A stretch of 61,461 nucleotides of DNA, filler included, from Candidatus Nezhaarchaeota archaeon WYZ-LMO8 (GCA_004347965.1; 7 parts of 7 records of this genome joined end to end with filler, not necessarily neighbours in it); one strand, 5' to 3'; counted from the first letter of the whole stretch, positions 1 to 8,770 are shown. Notes: a model not told the origin generated them from the letters alone. Numbers and translations: made by a program.

Positions 1-152
1 ACATCGCCAGTCCTTAAGGGCAACGATCTAAAGGGGTACTGCTTTCTAAGGTCTTCAGATAGATGAGCTGACATCAGCTTATGCCTAATGTGGTTTGGTG
101 CTTGATATATCAGGCGTCTCTGCTTTCTCGGCTGCTTAGTCTTTATGTGCAT
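1..152 (-). CDS. rpl24: 50S ribosomal protein uL24 (5' part, runs off window)
   Basis: Manual translation MHIKTKQPRKQRRLIYQAPNHIRHKLMSAHLSEDLRKQYPFRSLPLRTGD is the typical archaeal L24 N-terminus; follows rpl14; GGTGAG RBS. Confidence 0.93.
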   Translation of the reverse strand, partial: MHIKTKQPRKQRRLIYQAPNHIRHKLMSAHLSEDLRKQYPFRSLPLRTGD

Positions 153-162
153 TAAGCTCACC

Positions 163-591
163 TCAAACTATCAACGTTGCTAAGGCTGCTACTCGAGGCC
201 ACCTTTCAGCTGCTTCACGAGCTATTGGTCCTCTTATCTCAGTCCCCTTAGGGCTACCATCCTCTGTGACTATAACAGCTGCGTTATCCTCGAACTGAAC
301 CCATTGACCGTTAGACCTCCTAAAGGGCTTCTTCTGTCTTACCACTATAGCTCTCATAATTTGTTTTCTTAGCTCAGGCGTTCCCCTCTTCACTGAAACA
401 ACTATCATGTCCCCCACTCCAGCTCCTACAAGTCTTCTATGTTTGCTCTTCCCTCCAATCACGCCTATCATAGCAACCTCCTGAGCTCCACTATTATCTG
501 CACACCTTATTCTGGAGCCTGGAAAGACAGCTGGGGTTATCCTAGGCCTATAAGATATTCCAGCAGCTACTTTTGGTCCTCGCTTAGCCAT
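163..591 (-). CDS. rpl14: 50S ribosomal protein uL14
   Basis: [28 protein letters not shown] and [13 protein letters not shown] motifs. Confidence 0.97.
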   Translation of the reverse strand: MAKRGPKVAAGISYRPRITPAVFPGSRIRCADNSGAQEVAMIGVIGGKSKHRRLVGAGVGDMIVVSVKRGTPELRKQIMRAIVVRQKKPFRRSNGQWVQFEDNAAVIVTEDGSPKGTEIRGPIAREAAERWPRVAALATLIV

Positions 592-683
592 TGAGACTCC
601 CCAGTCAATGTTGTGGACTCAAAAAGCCTTGCGGGGTATAAAAATTTACTCTTTCGGTCCTTCTTGACCAAGAATACTCTCTT

Positions 684-1028
684 TTAGGAGACAGGTTTGC
701 CCAAGACTACGAAGCTCACGGTTTTAGCGAGAGGCCTACATTCCCCTATTATGACGTTATCGCCAACCTTGACGTCGAGACAGGGTGGTAGGTGCGCATG
801 TATTTTTCGTCTCCTCCTCTCGTACCTCTCATACTTCCTTACGTAGACCTCGTATTCGTGAAGTATTGTTGCTGTAGCCTTCATCTTCACGCTCATTACG
901 GTTCCCTCTAGAATCTTACCTCGAACTGATAGGGTGCCATGATAGGGGCAACAAGGATCACTACAGGTTCTTTCAGGAGATTTAATTCCCGGTACCCCTA
1001 TGTTCCTTGTCTTCACAGCCTTGCTCAT
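684..1028 (-). CDS. rps17: 30S ribosomal protein uS17
   Basis: CSDPCCPYHGTLSVRG, KYERYERRR, ECRPLAKTVSFVV. Confidence 0.97.
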   Translation of the reverse strand: MSKAVKTRNIGVPGIKSPERTCSDPCCPYHGTLSVRGKILEGTVMSVKMKATATILHEYEVYVRKYERYERRRRKIHAHLPPCLDVKVGDNVIIGECRPLAKTVSFVVLGKPVS

Positions 1029-1099
1029 GAAGTTAAGTCACCGCTAAGCGAGAAAGGATTTAGAAGTAATTTAAAAACTTTTGCGTAGAAAGCTTGAGC

Positions 1100-1387
1100 T
1101 TACCAGCGCCTCTTAACCACACGCTTTACTCTATCCTCTGGCCTACCTAAGAGGTAAGGTCCTTCAACCTCAACTATGACGTTGCCGGGAAGCTTAAACC
1201 TAATTGTGCAGCAGCTCTTGGGTATTACTTTAATGCACCCCTTATCATCCATTATCTTTAAGGTCTTCATCGTCTCATCTACGACCAACCCTTCAATCCC
1301 TACGTACCCTTGATGAGTGCTCTTAACCACTTTAGCTCTCAAGCCTATCAATTCATGGTTTAAAATGTTTTGCGGTGTTATTGGCAT
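1100..1387 (-). CDS. rnp1: Ribonuclease P protein component 1 (Rpp29/Pop4)
   Basis: ITPQNILNHELIGL, GIEGLVVDET, LLGRPEDR; usual position upstream of rps17. Confidence 0.93.
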   Translation of the reverse strand: MPITPQNILNHELIGLRAKVVKSTHQGYVGIEGLVVDETMKTLKIMDDKGCIKVIPKSCCTIRFKLPGNVIVEVEGPYLLGRPEDRVKRVVKRRW

Positions 1388-1463
1388 AATCCCCTCACAA
1401 CTGCTATCTTGATGGATTTGAGGTAAGGAGCTACGTACTCTAAGCCATCACGTTCCTAGGGCG

Positions 1464-2276
1464 TTAGCTCATAAGCTTCTTTTTGACTCCATCAGCTATC
1501 TTAGGTAGTATCTCTCCGGTTCTTCCTTGTAGAAAGTAATCAGAAATCCCCTCAATGGTAATTGGGGTGGGTTCAAGATTTACCTCGATTATCAATGCGG
1601 GAGGTACCTTCCTCTTAGCAAGGCGGGGAAGCTCTGCTGCTGGATATACAACCAACGAGGATCCGCATACCAACATGACGTCGCATTTTCGAACTTCCTC
1701 TAAGCTTCGTACTATAACATCTCGAGGTATAGGCTCTGTGAAGTATACCACGTCTGGCTTTAATGTTCCTCCACACATTATACAGATGGGTGGTAACTTA
1801 CCCTCATCTCTAAGCGCAATTAAGTTGAAATCGCTCTTTGGATACCTTGCACCACAATCTACGCATCTAAGCTTGTAGATGCTCCCATGAAACTCGATTA
1901 CGTTTTTGCTACCAGCTTTTTCATGTAGGCCATCTATGTTCTGCGTGATGACGCACTTCAATACCCCCATGCTTTCAAGTTCAGCTAAAGCAAAGTGTGA
2001 AGGGTTTGGCTGAGCTTTCTCTATGTAGCTTTCTAGGATTGAAGAGGTGCTTAGATACTCTTCCCAAAAGCGTCTAGGATCTCTAAGGAATAAGCTGTAG
2101 ACCTCATAAGCTCTCCTTTCAGCCTCTGGATTTCTAGTCCATATGCCCGACGGTCCTCTAAAGTCAGGTATCCCAGACTCAGTTGAGACTCCAGCTCCTG
2201 TAAGAGCAATAGCGTACTTCGATTTCACTAAAGCCTCAACAACCTCGTCGATAGGAATGTTCACTTTAACTCCCAA
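1464..2276 (-). CDS. cobB: Sir2-family NAD-dependent protein deacylase
   Basis: LTGAGVSTESGIPDFRG, TQNIDGLH, HG, two CxxC zinc motifs, GSSLVVYPAA. Confidence 0.93.
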   Translation of the reverse strand: MGVKVNIPIDEVVEALVKSKYAIALTGAGVSTESGIPDFRGPSGIWTRNPEAERRAYEVYSLFLRDPRRFWEEYLSTSSILESYIEKAQPNPSHFALAELESMGVLKCVITQNIDGLHEKAGSKNVIEFHGSIYKLRCVDCGARYPKSDFNLIALRDEGKLPPICIMCGGTLKPDVVYFTEPIPRDVIVRSLEEVRKCDVMLVCGSSLVVYPAAELPRLAKRKVPPALIIEVNLEPTPITIEGISDYFLQGRTGEILPKIADGVKKKLMS

Positions 2277-2412
2277 GAGAAAATCCAGAAAATACGTATT
2301 AAAGTTTTAAAATATTCGAGAAGATGAAGATGTCTCACTTTTCCATAGCCAAAAAGCTCTTTTCACCTATTGTAGAGGACCTTAATGATTAGGAGGACTA
2401 GAAAACGATTTT

Positions 2413-2490
2413 TGGTGCGGCCGCCGGGATTTGAACCCGGGTCCGCAGCGTGGCAGGCTGCCGTCCTAGTCCAGGCTAGACTACGGCCGC
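2413..2490 (-). tRNA. tRNA-Gly(GCC)
   Basis: Cloverleaf; anticodon arm GCAGC-CTGCCAC-GCTGC; T-loop GTTCAAATC; encoded CCA. Confidence 0.97.
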
Positions 2491-2517
2491 TTGCAGTAAA
2501 GTGATACCTAAAGTAGA

Positions 2518-2955
2518 TTATAGGCTTTTCTTTGCGTAGTCCCTTAAGAGCGCATCTATTTTTGATAGGTGCCTTGATAGGTAAACAGCTTGACTTGAAA
2601 TTTCTACTAGCGCTCCCTTCTCTACAACTAAGTGTACGATCTTTGCGTCAATTCCGGTTATCCTCCTTGCTTGCTCAGCTATCGTGTGTAGTTGCGTGCA
2701 GTGCGGTGAGCCATCCATCGTCAATATCGTTATTGAGCTCGGCTCTGCGTAAGCCATTATCGTAGCAATTTTGAAGCCCACCTTATCTAAGTGCTCCTCG
2801 CTCATGCATACGTAGAGTGCTGTCTTACCTCTCGTTACATCTTTAAATATGCTTGGATGCTCAATAGGTAGACACTTGCTGTATATCACAACGTCCTTAC
2901 CCTTTAAGAGGAGGCTAGTCGCGCTTGTAGCCATTAACCCCAGCTTTCTCTGCAT
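2518..2955 (-). CDS. Conserved hypothetical protein, probably Fe-S/ferredoxin-associated
   Basis: Spaced Cys residues and an ITILTMDGSPHC motif resembling Fe-S-associated proteins. Confidence 0.55.
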   Translation of the reverse strand: MQRKLGLMATSATSLLLKGKDVVIYSKCLPIEHPSIFKDVTRGKTALYVCMSEEHLDKVGFKIATIMAYAEPSSITILTMDGSPHCTQLHTIAEQARRITGIDAKIVHLVVEKGALVEISSQAVYLSRHLSKIDALLRDYAKKSL

Positions 2956-3007
2956 GAAAGCTATTTATGCAGAGCTTAACGAATAAACGTTTACTTGCTT
3001 TGAGGTC

Positions 3008-4168
3008 TTGATGATGTCTAGGAGAATAATATTTGCTCTAATGTTCTCAATGCTTATTATAACCACATCTATGGGCATCGCTAATCCCATAGTTCCACTC
3101 TACGCTAAAAAACTTGGAGCAACGTACACAGACCTAGGACTAATAGGCATAGCCTGGTCAGCTCCCTACTGCATATTCCCTGTTCTTGCTGGTATGTGGA
3201 GCAATAAAGTTGGTAGACTAAGGTTGTTTCTCGTAGGCATTTTAATGAGCACTATCGTACCTCTCCTCCTACTAGCTTCAAGCTCCCCCCTCCACATAGC
3301 GTTGCTCAGGCTTTTTCACGGGATAGGCTTGTCATTTCTATGGGCTCCTGGTGAAGCCTTAATCTCTGATGTGACTAGAAAAGAGGAGAGAGCACGTTTT
3401 CTAGGCTTCTTTAGTGCTTCATGGGCTGCAGGGTACTTTCTTGGACCGTTACTAGGTGCACTGATAGTTGAGCAAGCAGGATATGAAGGGGTCTTCTGGC
3501 TCTCTTTTCTTGTAGGCGTAACATCACCTTTCACGCTATTGCTAGCCGGTGGCGATGTTAAGCCGAGATATGTCGTTAAGAGAGGGATCTCCCAGCTTGT
3601 AAGGAAGGCTGTAGTTGAAGGTCTACCTCTCTACGTAGTTGCCATAACCTCCAGCATGGTCATAGCTATAATCTACAGCATCTACCCAGCTTACCTCTCA
3701 AAACTAACGTTCAGTGATGCTGAGATATCCACCATGATGAGCATAATAGCTGCTACAAGAGCTCTAGGCTTCTGGTCGATAAGCCTACCCTCAAGGCTTA
3801 AAGAGAGGGAGGTGATAATCATTGGCCTGTCTTCTCAGGTCATTGCATCCTTCCTCGTAGCGTACTCTCAAGACTACGTACTAGTAGCGCTATCCATGGC
3901 GATAATGGGCTATGCCATCGGGCTTCAAATGCCTCCAGTTACTTCAGCTACATCGAGGATACTCGAAGGTGAAGTTGGTCTTCCAATAGGCATAATGGAG
4001 GCAATGTTCGGCGTTGGATGGGTTATTGGTCCAGGAGTTGGAGGAATCTTAGCTGACCTTGCTTCGTGGGACTTAGCACCCTACCTCTTCATGAGCTTTG
4101 TGAGTCTAGCTTCGTTGCTATACTTCGTTATCGCGAGATCCACGTGGAATATTGAAAAGTCTCCTTAA
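3008..4168 (+). CDS. MFS transporter
   Basis: About 12 hydrophobic segments; motif A-like GMWSNKVGR; GPLLG. Confidence 0.9.
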   Translation: MMMSRRIIFALMFSMLIITTSMGIANPIVPLYAKKLGATYTDLGLIGIAWSAPYCIFPVLAGMWSNKVGRLRLFLVGILMSTIVPLLLLASSSPLHIALLRLFHGIGLSFLWAPGEALISDVTRKEERARFLGFFSASWAAGYFLGPLLGALIVEQAGYEGVFWLSFLVGVTSPFTLLLAGGDVKPRYVVKRGISQLVRKAVVEGLPLYVVAITSSMVIAIIYSIYPAYLSKLTFSDAEISTMMSIIAATRALGFWSISLPSRLKEREVIIIGLSSQVIASFLVAYSQDYVLVALSMAIMGYAIGLQMPPVTSATSRILEGEVGLPIGIMEAMFGVGWVIGPGVGGILADLASWDLAPYLFMSFVSLASLLYFVIARSTWNIEKSP

Positions 4169-4181
4169 GCTACACAATTCT

Positions 4182-4820
4182 ATGCTCCTCGCTAAGCGCA
4201 TAGATTACACGAACGTTAAGCCCAATGCAACGCTACGTGAAATTGAAGAGCTGTGCTTAGAAGCAATAGAGCTTGGCGTTAGAGCTGTATGCGTAAGCCC
4301 CTGCTACGTGAGCTACGCTAGGAGTCTCGTTAGAGGTGAAGTATTAATATCAGCAGCCATAGACCTACCATTCGGTTCATCAAAGATCGAGGTTAAGAGG
4401 AGGGCTGTTGAAGAAGCTATGGCTGATGGAGCCGACGAAGTGGACTACGTGATCAATATAGGGATGTTGAAGAGCGGCTTCAAAGAATACGTTGTACGCG
4501 AGGCGCAGGAAGTGCTTAAAGGAGCACGTGGAGGAACCGTCAAGGCCATAATTGAAACAGGCTTCCTCACGATAGACGAAATTAAAAGCGTATCCGTAAG
4601 TCTAGCTGATGTCGGAGTTCACTTCATAAAGACTTGTACCGGCTATGGACCGAGAGGAGTAACCGTAGAAGACGTTAAAGCGATTAAGGATGCTCTAAAG
4701 GGTAGAGCTAAGATAAAGGCAGCTGGAGGAGTGAGAGATAGAAGAATGGCGGAAGCACTTATCGACGCTGGAGCGGACATAATAGGGACGAGCACAGCAA
4801 GACAGCTGCTAAAACCTTAA
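4182..4820 (+). CDS. deoC: Deoxyribose-phosphate aldolase
   Basis: IDYT, GADEVDYVIN, VKAIIETG, FIKTCTG, IKAAGGVR, IGTS; start may be 4152. Confidence 0.92.
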   Translation: MLLAKRIDYTNVKPNATLREIEELCLEAIELGVRAVCVSPCYVSYARSLVRGEVLISAAIDLPFGSSKIEVKRRAVEEAMADGADEVDYVINIGMLKSGFKEYVVREAQEVLKGARGGTVKAIIETGFLTIDEIKSVSVSLADVGVHFIKTCTGYGPRGVTVEDVKAIKDALKGRAKIKAAGGVRDRRMAEALIDAGADIIGTSTARQLLKP

Positions 4821-4918
4821 GGAGATAGCTATCGTAAACTCATCTAATGGTTCCCCCTGAAAAATGCGGGAAGCAAAAGTCAAGTAAGCAATAAATTTCT
4901 CCAAATCCTCCCTCAACA

Positions 4919-5305
4919 TCACCTTATCACTAACAAGGCTGTGGCTACGGCAATCAGGTCATCGCCTATCATTGCTTCACCGTAACCAACGGCCGTCCTA
5001 TTGCCAATATACAGCGGTCTCCCAACTCCTACGATCTTTCCCTTCGATGCAGGCTTTAGGTAATGAACATCTAACTGAGCTGTCACAGCAATCTTCCCAA
5101 CCTTAATTAGTTCCTTGTTTATGTTTAAAGCGATGGCAGAGTCAAGCACACTAGCCACAACACCGCCATGTGCTACCCCTAGAGCTTGATGATGCTTCTC
5201 CTCTAGATCAAGCTCAATTATTATTTCTCCACCTCTAAACCTAGGCTTCATCCCTATGAGCCTGTACCAAGGAGCTAACGAAACGTTCTCAAGCCATCTC
5301 TCCAT
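4919..5305 (-). CDS. PaaI-family hotdog-fold thioesterase
   Basis: GVAHGGVVASVLDSA, TAQLDVHYLKP. Confidence 0.9.
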   Translation of the reverse strand: MERWLENVSLAPWYRLIGMKPRFRGGEIIIELDLEEKHHQALGVAHGGVVASVLDSAIALNINKELIKVGKIAVTAQLDVHYLKPASKGKIVGVGRPLYIGNRTAVGYGEAMIGDDLIAVATALLVIR

Positions 5306-5430
5306 AATTTCAAGGTCGAAGCCGTCAGCTTATAACCATTTTGTAGCGATGAGAGGTGGGAGGACAGTACCTCGCCTTCATCAATTATGATGAGTGAGTT
5401 ATAGAGCTAGGTCGGGGTATGTGGGTGTCG

Positions 5431-5551
5431 TGGTGCGGGGGGTGGGATTCGAACCCACGAAGGCCTACGCCACGGGATTTCTTACGCCCATCCGGCCTCA
5501 AATTCGAGGAGATCTTAAGTCCCGCCCCTTTGTCCGCTCGGGAACCCCCGC
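5431..5551 (-). tRNA. tRNA-Leu(TAA) with 35-nt intron at 37/38 (5479-5513)
   Basis: Arm CGGGA-CTTAAG|A-TCCCG after removing the intron; central helix CTTA/TAAG with AG|A and AA|A bulges; long variable arm; encoded CCA. Confidence 0.93.
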
Positions 5552-5577
5552 TTTCACTGCTGTTTCTTCTGTAGGGG

Positions 5578-5614
5578 TTTAAAAGCTTGATGTGGGCGTG
5601 GATCACCTTTTAAA
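5578..5614. promoter_or_regulatory. Divergent TATA-like boxes for tRNA-Leu (-) and mtnA (+)
   Basis: TTTTAAA about 27-35 nt upstream of each gene start, on opposite strands. Confidence 0.5.
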
Positions 5615-5647
5615 TCGCTCTGCTAATACATATGCTTGGTGATCTCC

Positions 5648-6712
5648 ATGACCTTCTTTGAAGTTAGGAGCGTGGAGTGGCGAGATGGCGTTGTTAGGCT
5701 CTTAGATCAAAACGCATTGCCATGGGAGATGCGGTACGTGGAGTGCAGGAGAGTCGAGGAAGTCGCCAGAGCAATTAGAGAGATGACTGTTAGAGGAGCC
5801 CCTGCGATAGGAGTGGCGGCTGCCATGGGGATCGCATTAGCCGTTGTACACTCCAATGCAAGGAGCTTAGAGGAGCTTCTTAGAGACGTGAGCTCTGCAG
5901 CTGAGATTCTCTCGAAGGCGAGACCCACAGCTAGGAACTTGTTTTGGGCCATTGAGAGGATGATAGGTAGGATTAGAGAGGCAAGGAGCCTTGAGGAGGC
6001 AAGGAGCATAGCTTTAAGCGAAGCCCTCAAGATGGCTGACGAGGATGTAGAGGTGAATAAAAGGATTGGTGATGTGGGTGCCACGCTCATAAGTGATGGC
6101 GACGTGATATTAACTCACTGTAAACAGCTGGGCTAGCCCAGCTGGCAGAGTGCAGGGGCCTTAGCTACCGTCGGCTACGGTACAGCGCTAGGTGTCATTA
6201 GGAGGGCGGTAGCTCAAGGGAAGAGGGTCAAGGTCGTAGCCACGGAGACGAGACCAAGACTTCAAGGAGCGAAGTTAACAGTCTACGAGCTTAAGAGAGA
6301 TGGCATCGACGTCACCCTGATAACAGACAACATGGTCGGTTACGTCATGAGCCGAGGAATGGTCAATAAGGTCATAGTTGGAGCGGATAGGATATTGAGA
6401 GATGGTCACGTGGTCAACAAGATAGGGACTCTAACCATAGCTATAGTTGCTAAAAGGTACTCGATACCATTCTACGTGGCAGCACCGTCATCAACCTTCG
6501 ACTTAAAGTCGAGGGTCGACGAAATAGTAATAGAGTATAGAGACCCCAGAGAGGTCTTAGAGGTTAACGGTAGGCCTATCACCATAGACGTCGAGGTGCT
6601 AAATCCAGCGTTTGACGTAACACCTCCAGACCTCGTAACAGCAATAATAACCGAGAAGGGAGTGATATGGCCTCCATACCACGAGAACATACCGAGGACC
6701 ATGGGGAGATGA
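5648..6712 (+). CDS. mtnA: S-methyl-5-thioribose-1-phosphate isomerase (eIF2B-like family); predicted spliced CDS join(5648..6123,6151..6712), 345 aa
   Basis: LLDQNALP, VRGAPAIG, ARPTARNL, LTHC[N][45 protein letters not shown]; the two track ORFs are in the same frame; GGTGA RBS before ATG 5648. Confidence 0.9.
6124..6150 (+). other. Putative bulge-helix-bulge-type pre-mRNA intron (27 nt) in mtnA
   Basis: CTGT-AA|A-CAGCTGGG-CTAG-CCCAGCTG-GCAG-AG|T; removal gives TGT AAT GCA (Cys-Asn-Ala) and eliminates an in-frame TAG. Confidence 0.82.
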
Positions 6713-6749
6713 AGTAAACATTTATCCTATCCCACGACAACTAGAACAC

Positions 6750-6810
6750 GGGCGATGAAAGGTCAGAGTTAAGATGAAAATTAATGATTGTAAGGCATTA
6801 GGTTGAGCCC
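6750..6810 (+). ncRNA. Box C/D sRNA, probable 23S rRNA guide
   Basis: GGGC/GCCC terminal stem; C GCGATGA, D' ATGA, C' ATGATTG, D TTGA; guides contain GGTCAGAGTTA and AAGGCATT. Confidence 0.7.
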
Positions 6811-6847
6811 CAATAGAAATATATGCTCAGGAACCTATGAGGATTGG

Positions 6848-6925
6848 GCGGCCGTCGTCTAGCCTGGACTAGGACACCAGCCTTCCACGCTGGCGACCCG
6901 GGTTCAAATCCCGGCGGCCGCACCA
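6848..6925 (+). tRNA. tRNA-Gly(TCC)
   Basis: Anticodon arm CCAGC-CTTCCAC-GCTGG; encoded CCA; T-rich terminator follows. Confidence 0.97.
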
Positions 6926-7061
6926 CCTTTTTCTTCGTTCTCTGCTTTCTCAATTTCTTGCTTATAATCACAAATTTAGTCTCAAAGGTAAGCTTCTTTA
7001 GCTAAACTTAAGAAGTCTTCAACTGCCCATTCCTTATATATTTGTGATGAAAGTTTAACAA

Positions 7062-7558
7062 TGAGAAGGGTGTTTATGTTGGATGAAGCCTACATAGGAG
7101 AAATTGTTCAGCCTTTCCCACCTCAATTTCTGGAGGATTTATTCGAGTTTGGGTAATTCATTGAGCGTAAAATACTCCGTCTATGAAAAGGAAATCTCTA
7201 GTGAGGCGTTAGAGATTGGAGAGATGGAAGGTGTTAAACTTGAGGATCGATACGTTGGTGGTGCACAAGTCTATTCAAAAGGAAGAGCTTCAATCGAGAA
7301 GCTTTTACAAATATATCAAGAATGATATCAGTATTGGATGTGAGAAGTTTTGGGGAAAAATGTTCGAAGAAATTGGGAGAGAGCGCCAAGAATCAATATA
7401 GGATAGATGAATTTTACTGGTCTAAATGGAAGGGCGAGGAAAGCCAAGGCTATAGTATGAAATTCGACAAATACAGTTTAAAATTGAGATGGATCCAAAG
7501 GAAGAGAAAATTATTGAAGGAATTATCGATTATGCAAAAAGCACCACGTGAAGATTAA
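7062..7558 (+). pseudogene. Fragmented cargo gene(s) of unknown function
   Basis: Several short overlapping ORFs in alternating frames inside the element. Confidence 0.35.
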
Positions 7559-7701
7559 CATCAAAATAAGCCGAAGTTAAAAGTCTGCTAATTTTCATTT
7601 GAGAAATGTTTCTTCCTTAGTCTTGAACTTGAATTTTGTTGAAGGTTTGTTAAGTTAATATAATATAGTGGCTGAAATTTAATTTAAAAGGAGGATGTTG
7701 A

Positions 7702-7944
7702 ATGATTGAAGTAGCTATTGGTTTAATGGGGCTGGCTTTAAGTGTTTTAGGGGTTGTGCTTGGTTATATATGGCGAGCCAATAGTAGATTAGCTAAGATG
7801 CTCCTCGAAGGTCAAGAAAGAATGCAAAAGGGAATGGAAGTGTTGCAAAAAGGAATGGAAGGAATAGCCTTAATGGTAAGAGATGTCCATGAAGGGCAAA
7901 AAGAGATGATGAAACTCTTAGCAGAAATATACAAGAAGATCTAG
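7702..7944 (+). CDS. Small membrane-anchored coiled-coil protein
   Basis: AGGAGG RBS; N-terminal TM helix; QKGME heptad repeats. Confidence 0.75.
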   Translation: MIEVAIGLMGLALSVLGVVLGYIWRANSRLAKMLLEGQERMQKGMEVLQKGMEGIALMVRDVHEGQKEMMKLLAEIYKKI

Positions 7945-8039
7945 TTTGAAACTCAAATTTGATCTTTAAAAGGCGGGAATAAATCTCCTGCTTTTATTTA
8001 AAGAGAATCTTAGTTCAAAACTTTTAAGATTGTTTTGTC

Positions 8040-8770
8040 ATAGATTTCTTTAGCTTTTCTGGGCAGAACCATTCTCTCAACACTTGTGGAGTAATGTTTA
8101 GCCCGGTTTTGCTCTTGCTTCAAGAAAAATTCCGTGTTTCTTGTTCGTTTTCAAAGAGAAGAGTTTATCACTGTTTTTGGTCCAATTTTTAACCATTGCT
8201 TTAGTGCTTTCTCAGCTTCATCGTCGTAGAATGTGATGTAGCTCTTTTTTAGAGTCGTGGTGAGGTATGACCATTCTCTTTTTAAGGACGAATATTGCTT
8301 TTTTACACTTTAAGGCTCCATATAACTTGCTCTTCTTTAGAGGGGGCCCTTTTGATGGTTGGATTTGGAAATTTAAAGCTTTGAACTAGACCCGGTCTTG
8401 CCAAGAAATCCCTAAAAAACCTTTGTAACGCTTTTAGCATGTTGGCATAAGTGTGTGAATTTCCATCCTTCAAATTTAAAAGGAAACTCCAAACATCTTT
8501 AACATCTACAGAATTGATGTTTCCTTGTTTCATCCACACCAAAAACTTTCTTATTTTATAGATGTACTGTTTCACCGTTTGTTTTGGAAAGCTGAAGATC
8601 GACTAGGCAGAATTCACTAAATCTCCTCAATATTTCCTTAAAATCAGAAATTCTCTCAAAATTATTCTCCTTATTCTCTATTTCTCTATTCAAATTGTTC
8701 TAATTTGCATTCTGGGCAATTTAAGAGGCTGCCACGCTGCGGACCCGGGTTCAAATCCCGGCGGCCGCAC
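8040..8770 (-). pseudogene. Tyrosine integrase C-terminal fragment, frameshifted and truncated
   Basis: Frame begins in the att (VRPPGFEPGSAAWQ); ORF 8303-8575; further pieces KRMVIP, KSYITFYDDEAEKALKQWL and TGLNITPQVLREWFC in shifted frames. Confidence 0.8.
8729..8770 (+). repeat. att site: 42-bp copy of the tRNA-Gly 3' half
   Basis: CTGCCACGCTGCGGACCCGGGTTCAAATCCCGGCGGCCGCAC; 42/42 match to tRNA-Gly(GCC); last 29 nt identical to tRNA-Gly(TCC). Confidence 0.93.

Larger units (their letters stand above)
6926..8770. mobile_element. Decayed tRNA-Gly-integrated element remnant (about 1.8 kb)
   Basis: Visibly AT-richer than flanks; bounded by tRNA-Gly and a tRNA-Gly 3'-half repeat; contains integrase fragments and broken ORFs. 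Confidence 0.85.

Noticed and set aside
5385..5606. ORFs 5385-5606(-) and 5394-5582(+)
   Set aside because: Shadow ORFs over tRNA-Leu(TAA)
6134..6136. In-frame TAG in mtnA as a pyrrolysine or readthrough codon
   Set aside because: Readthrough would put KQLG*PSWQS in place of the conserved Asn next to the catalytic Cys, whereas BHB-register excision restores the motif exactly
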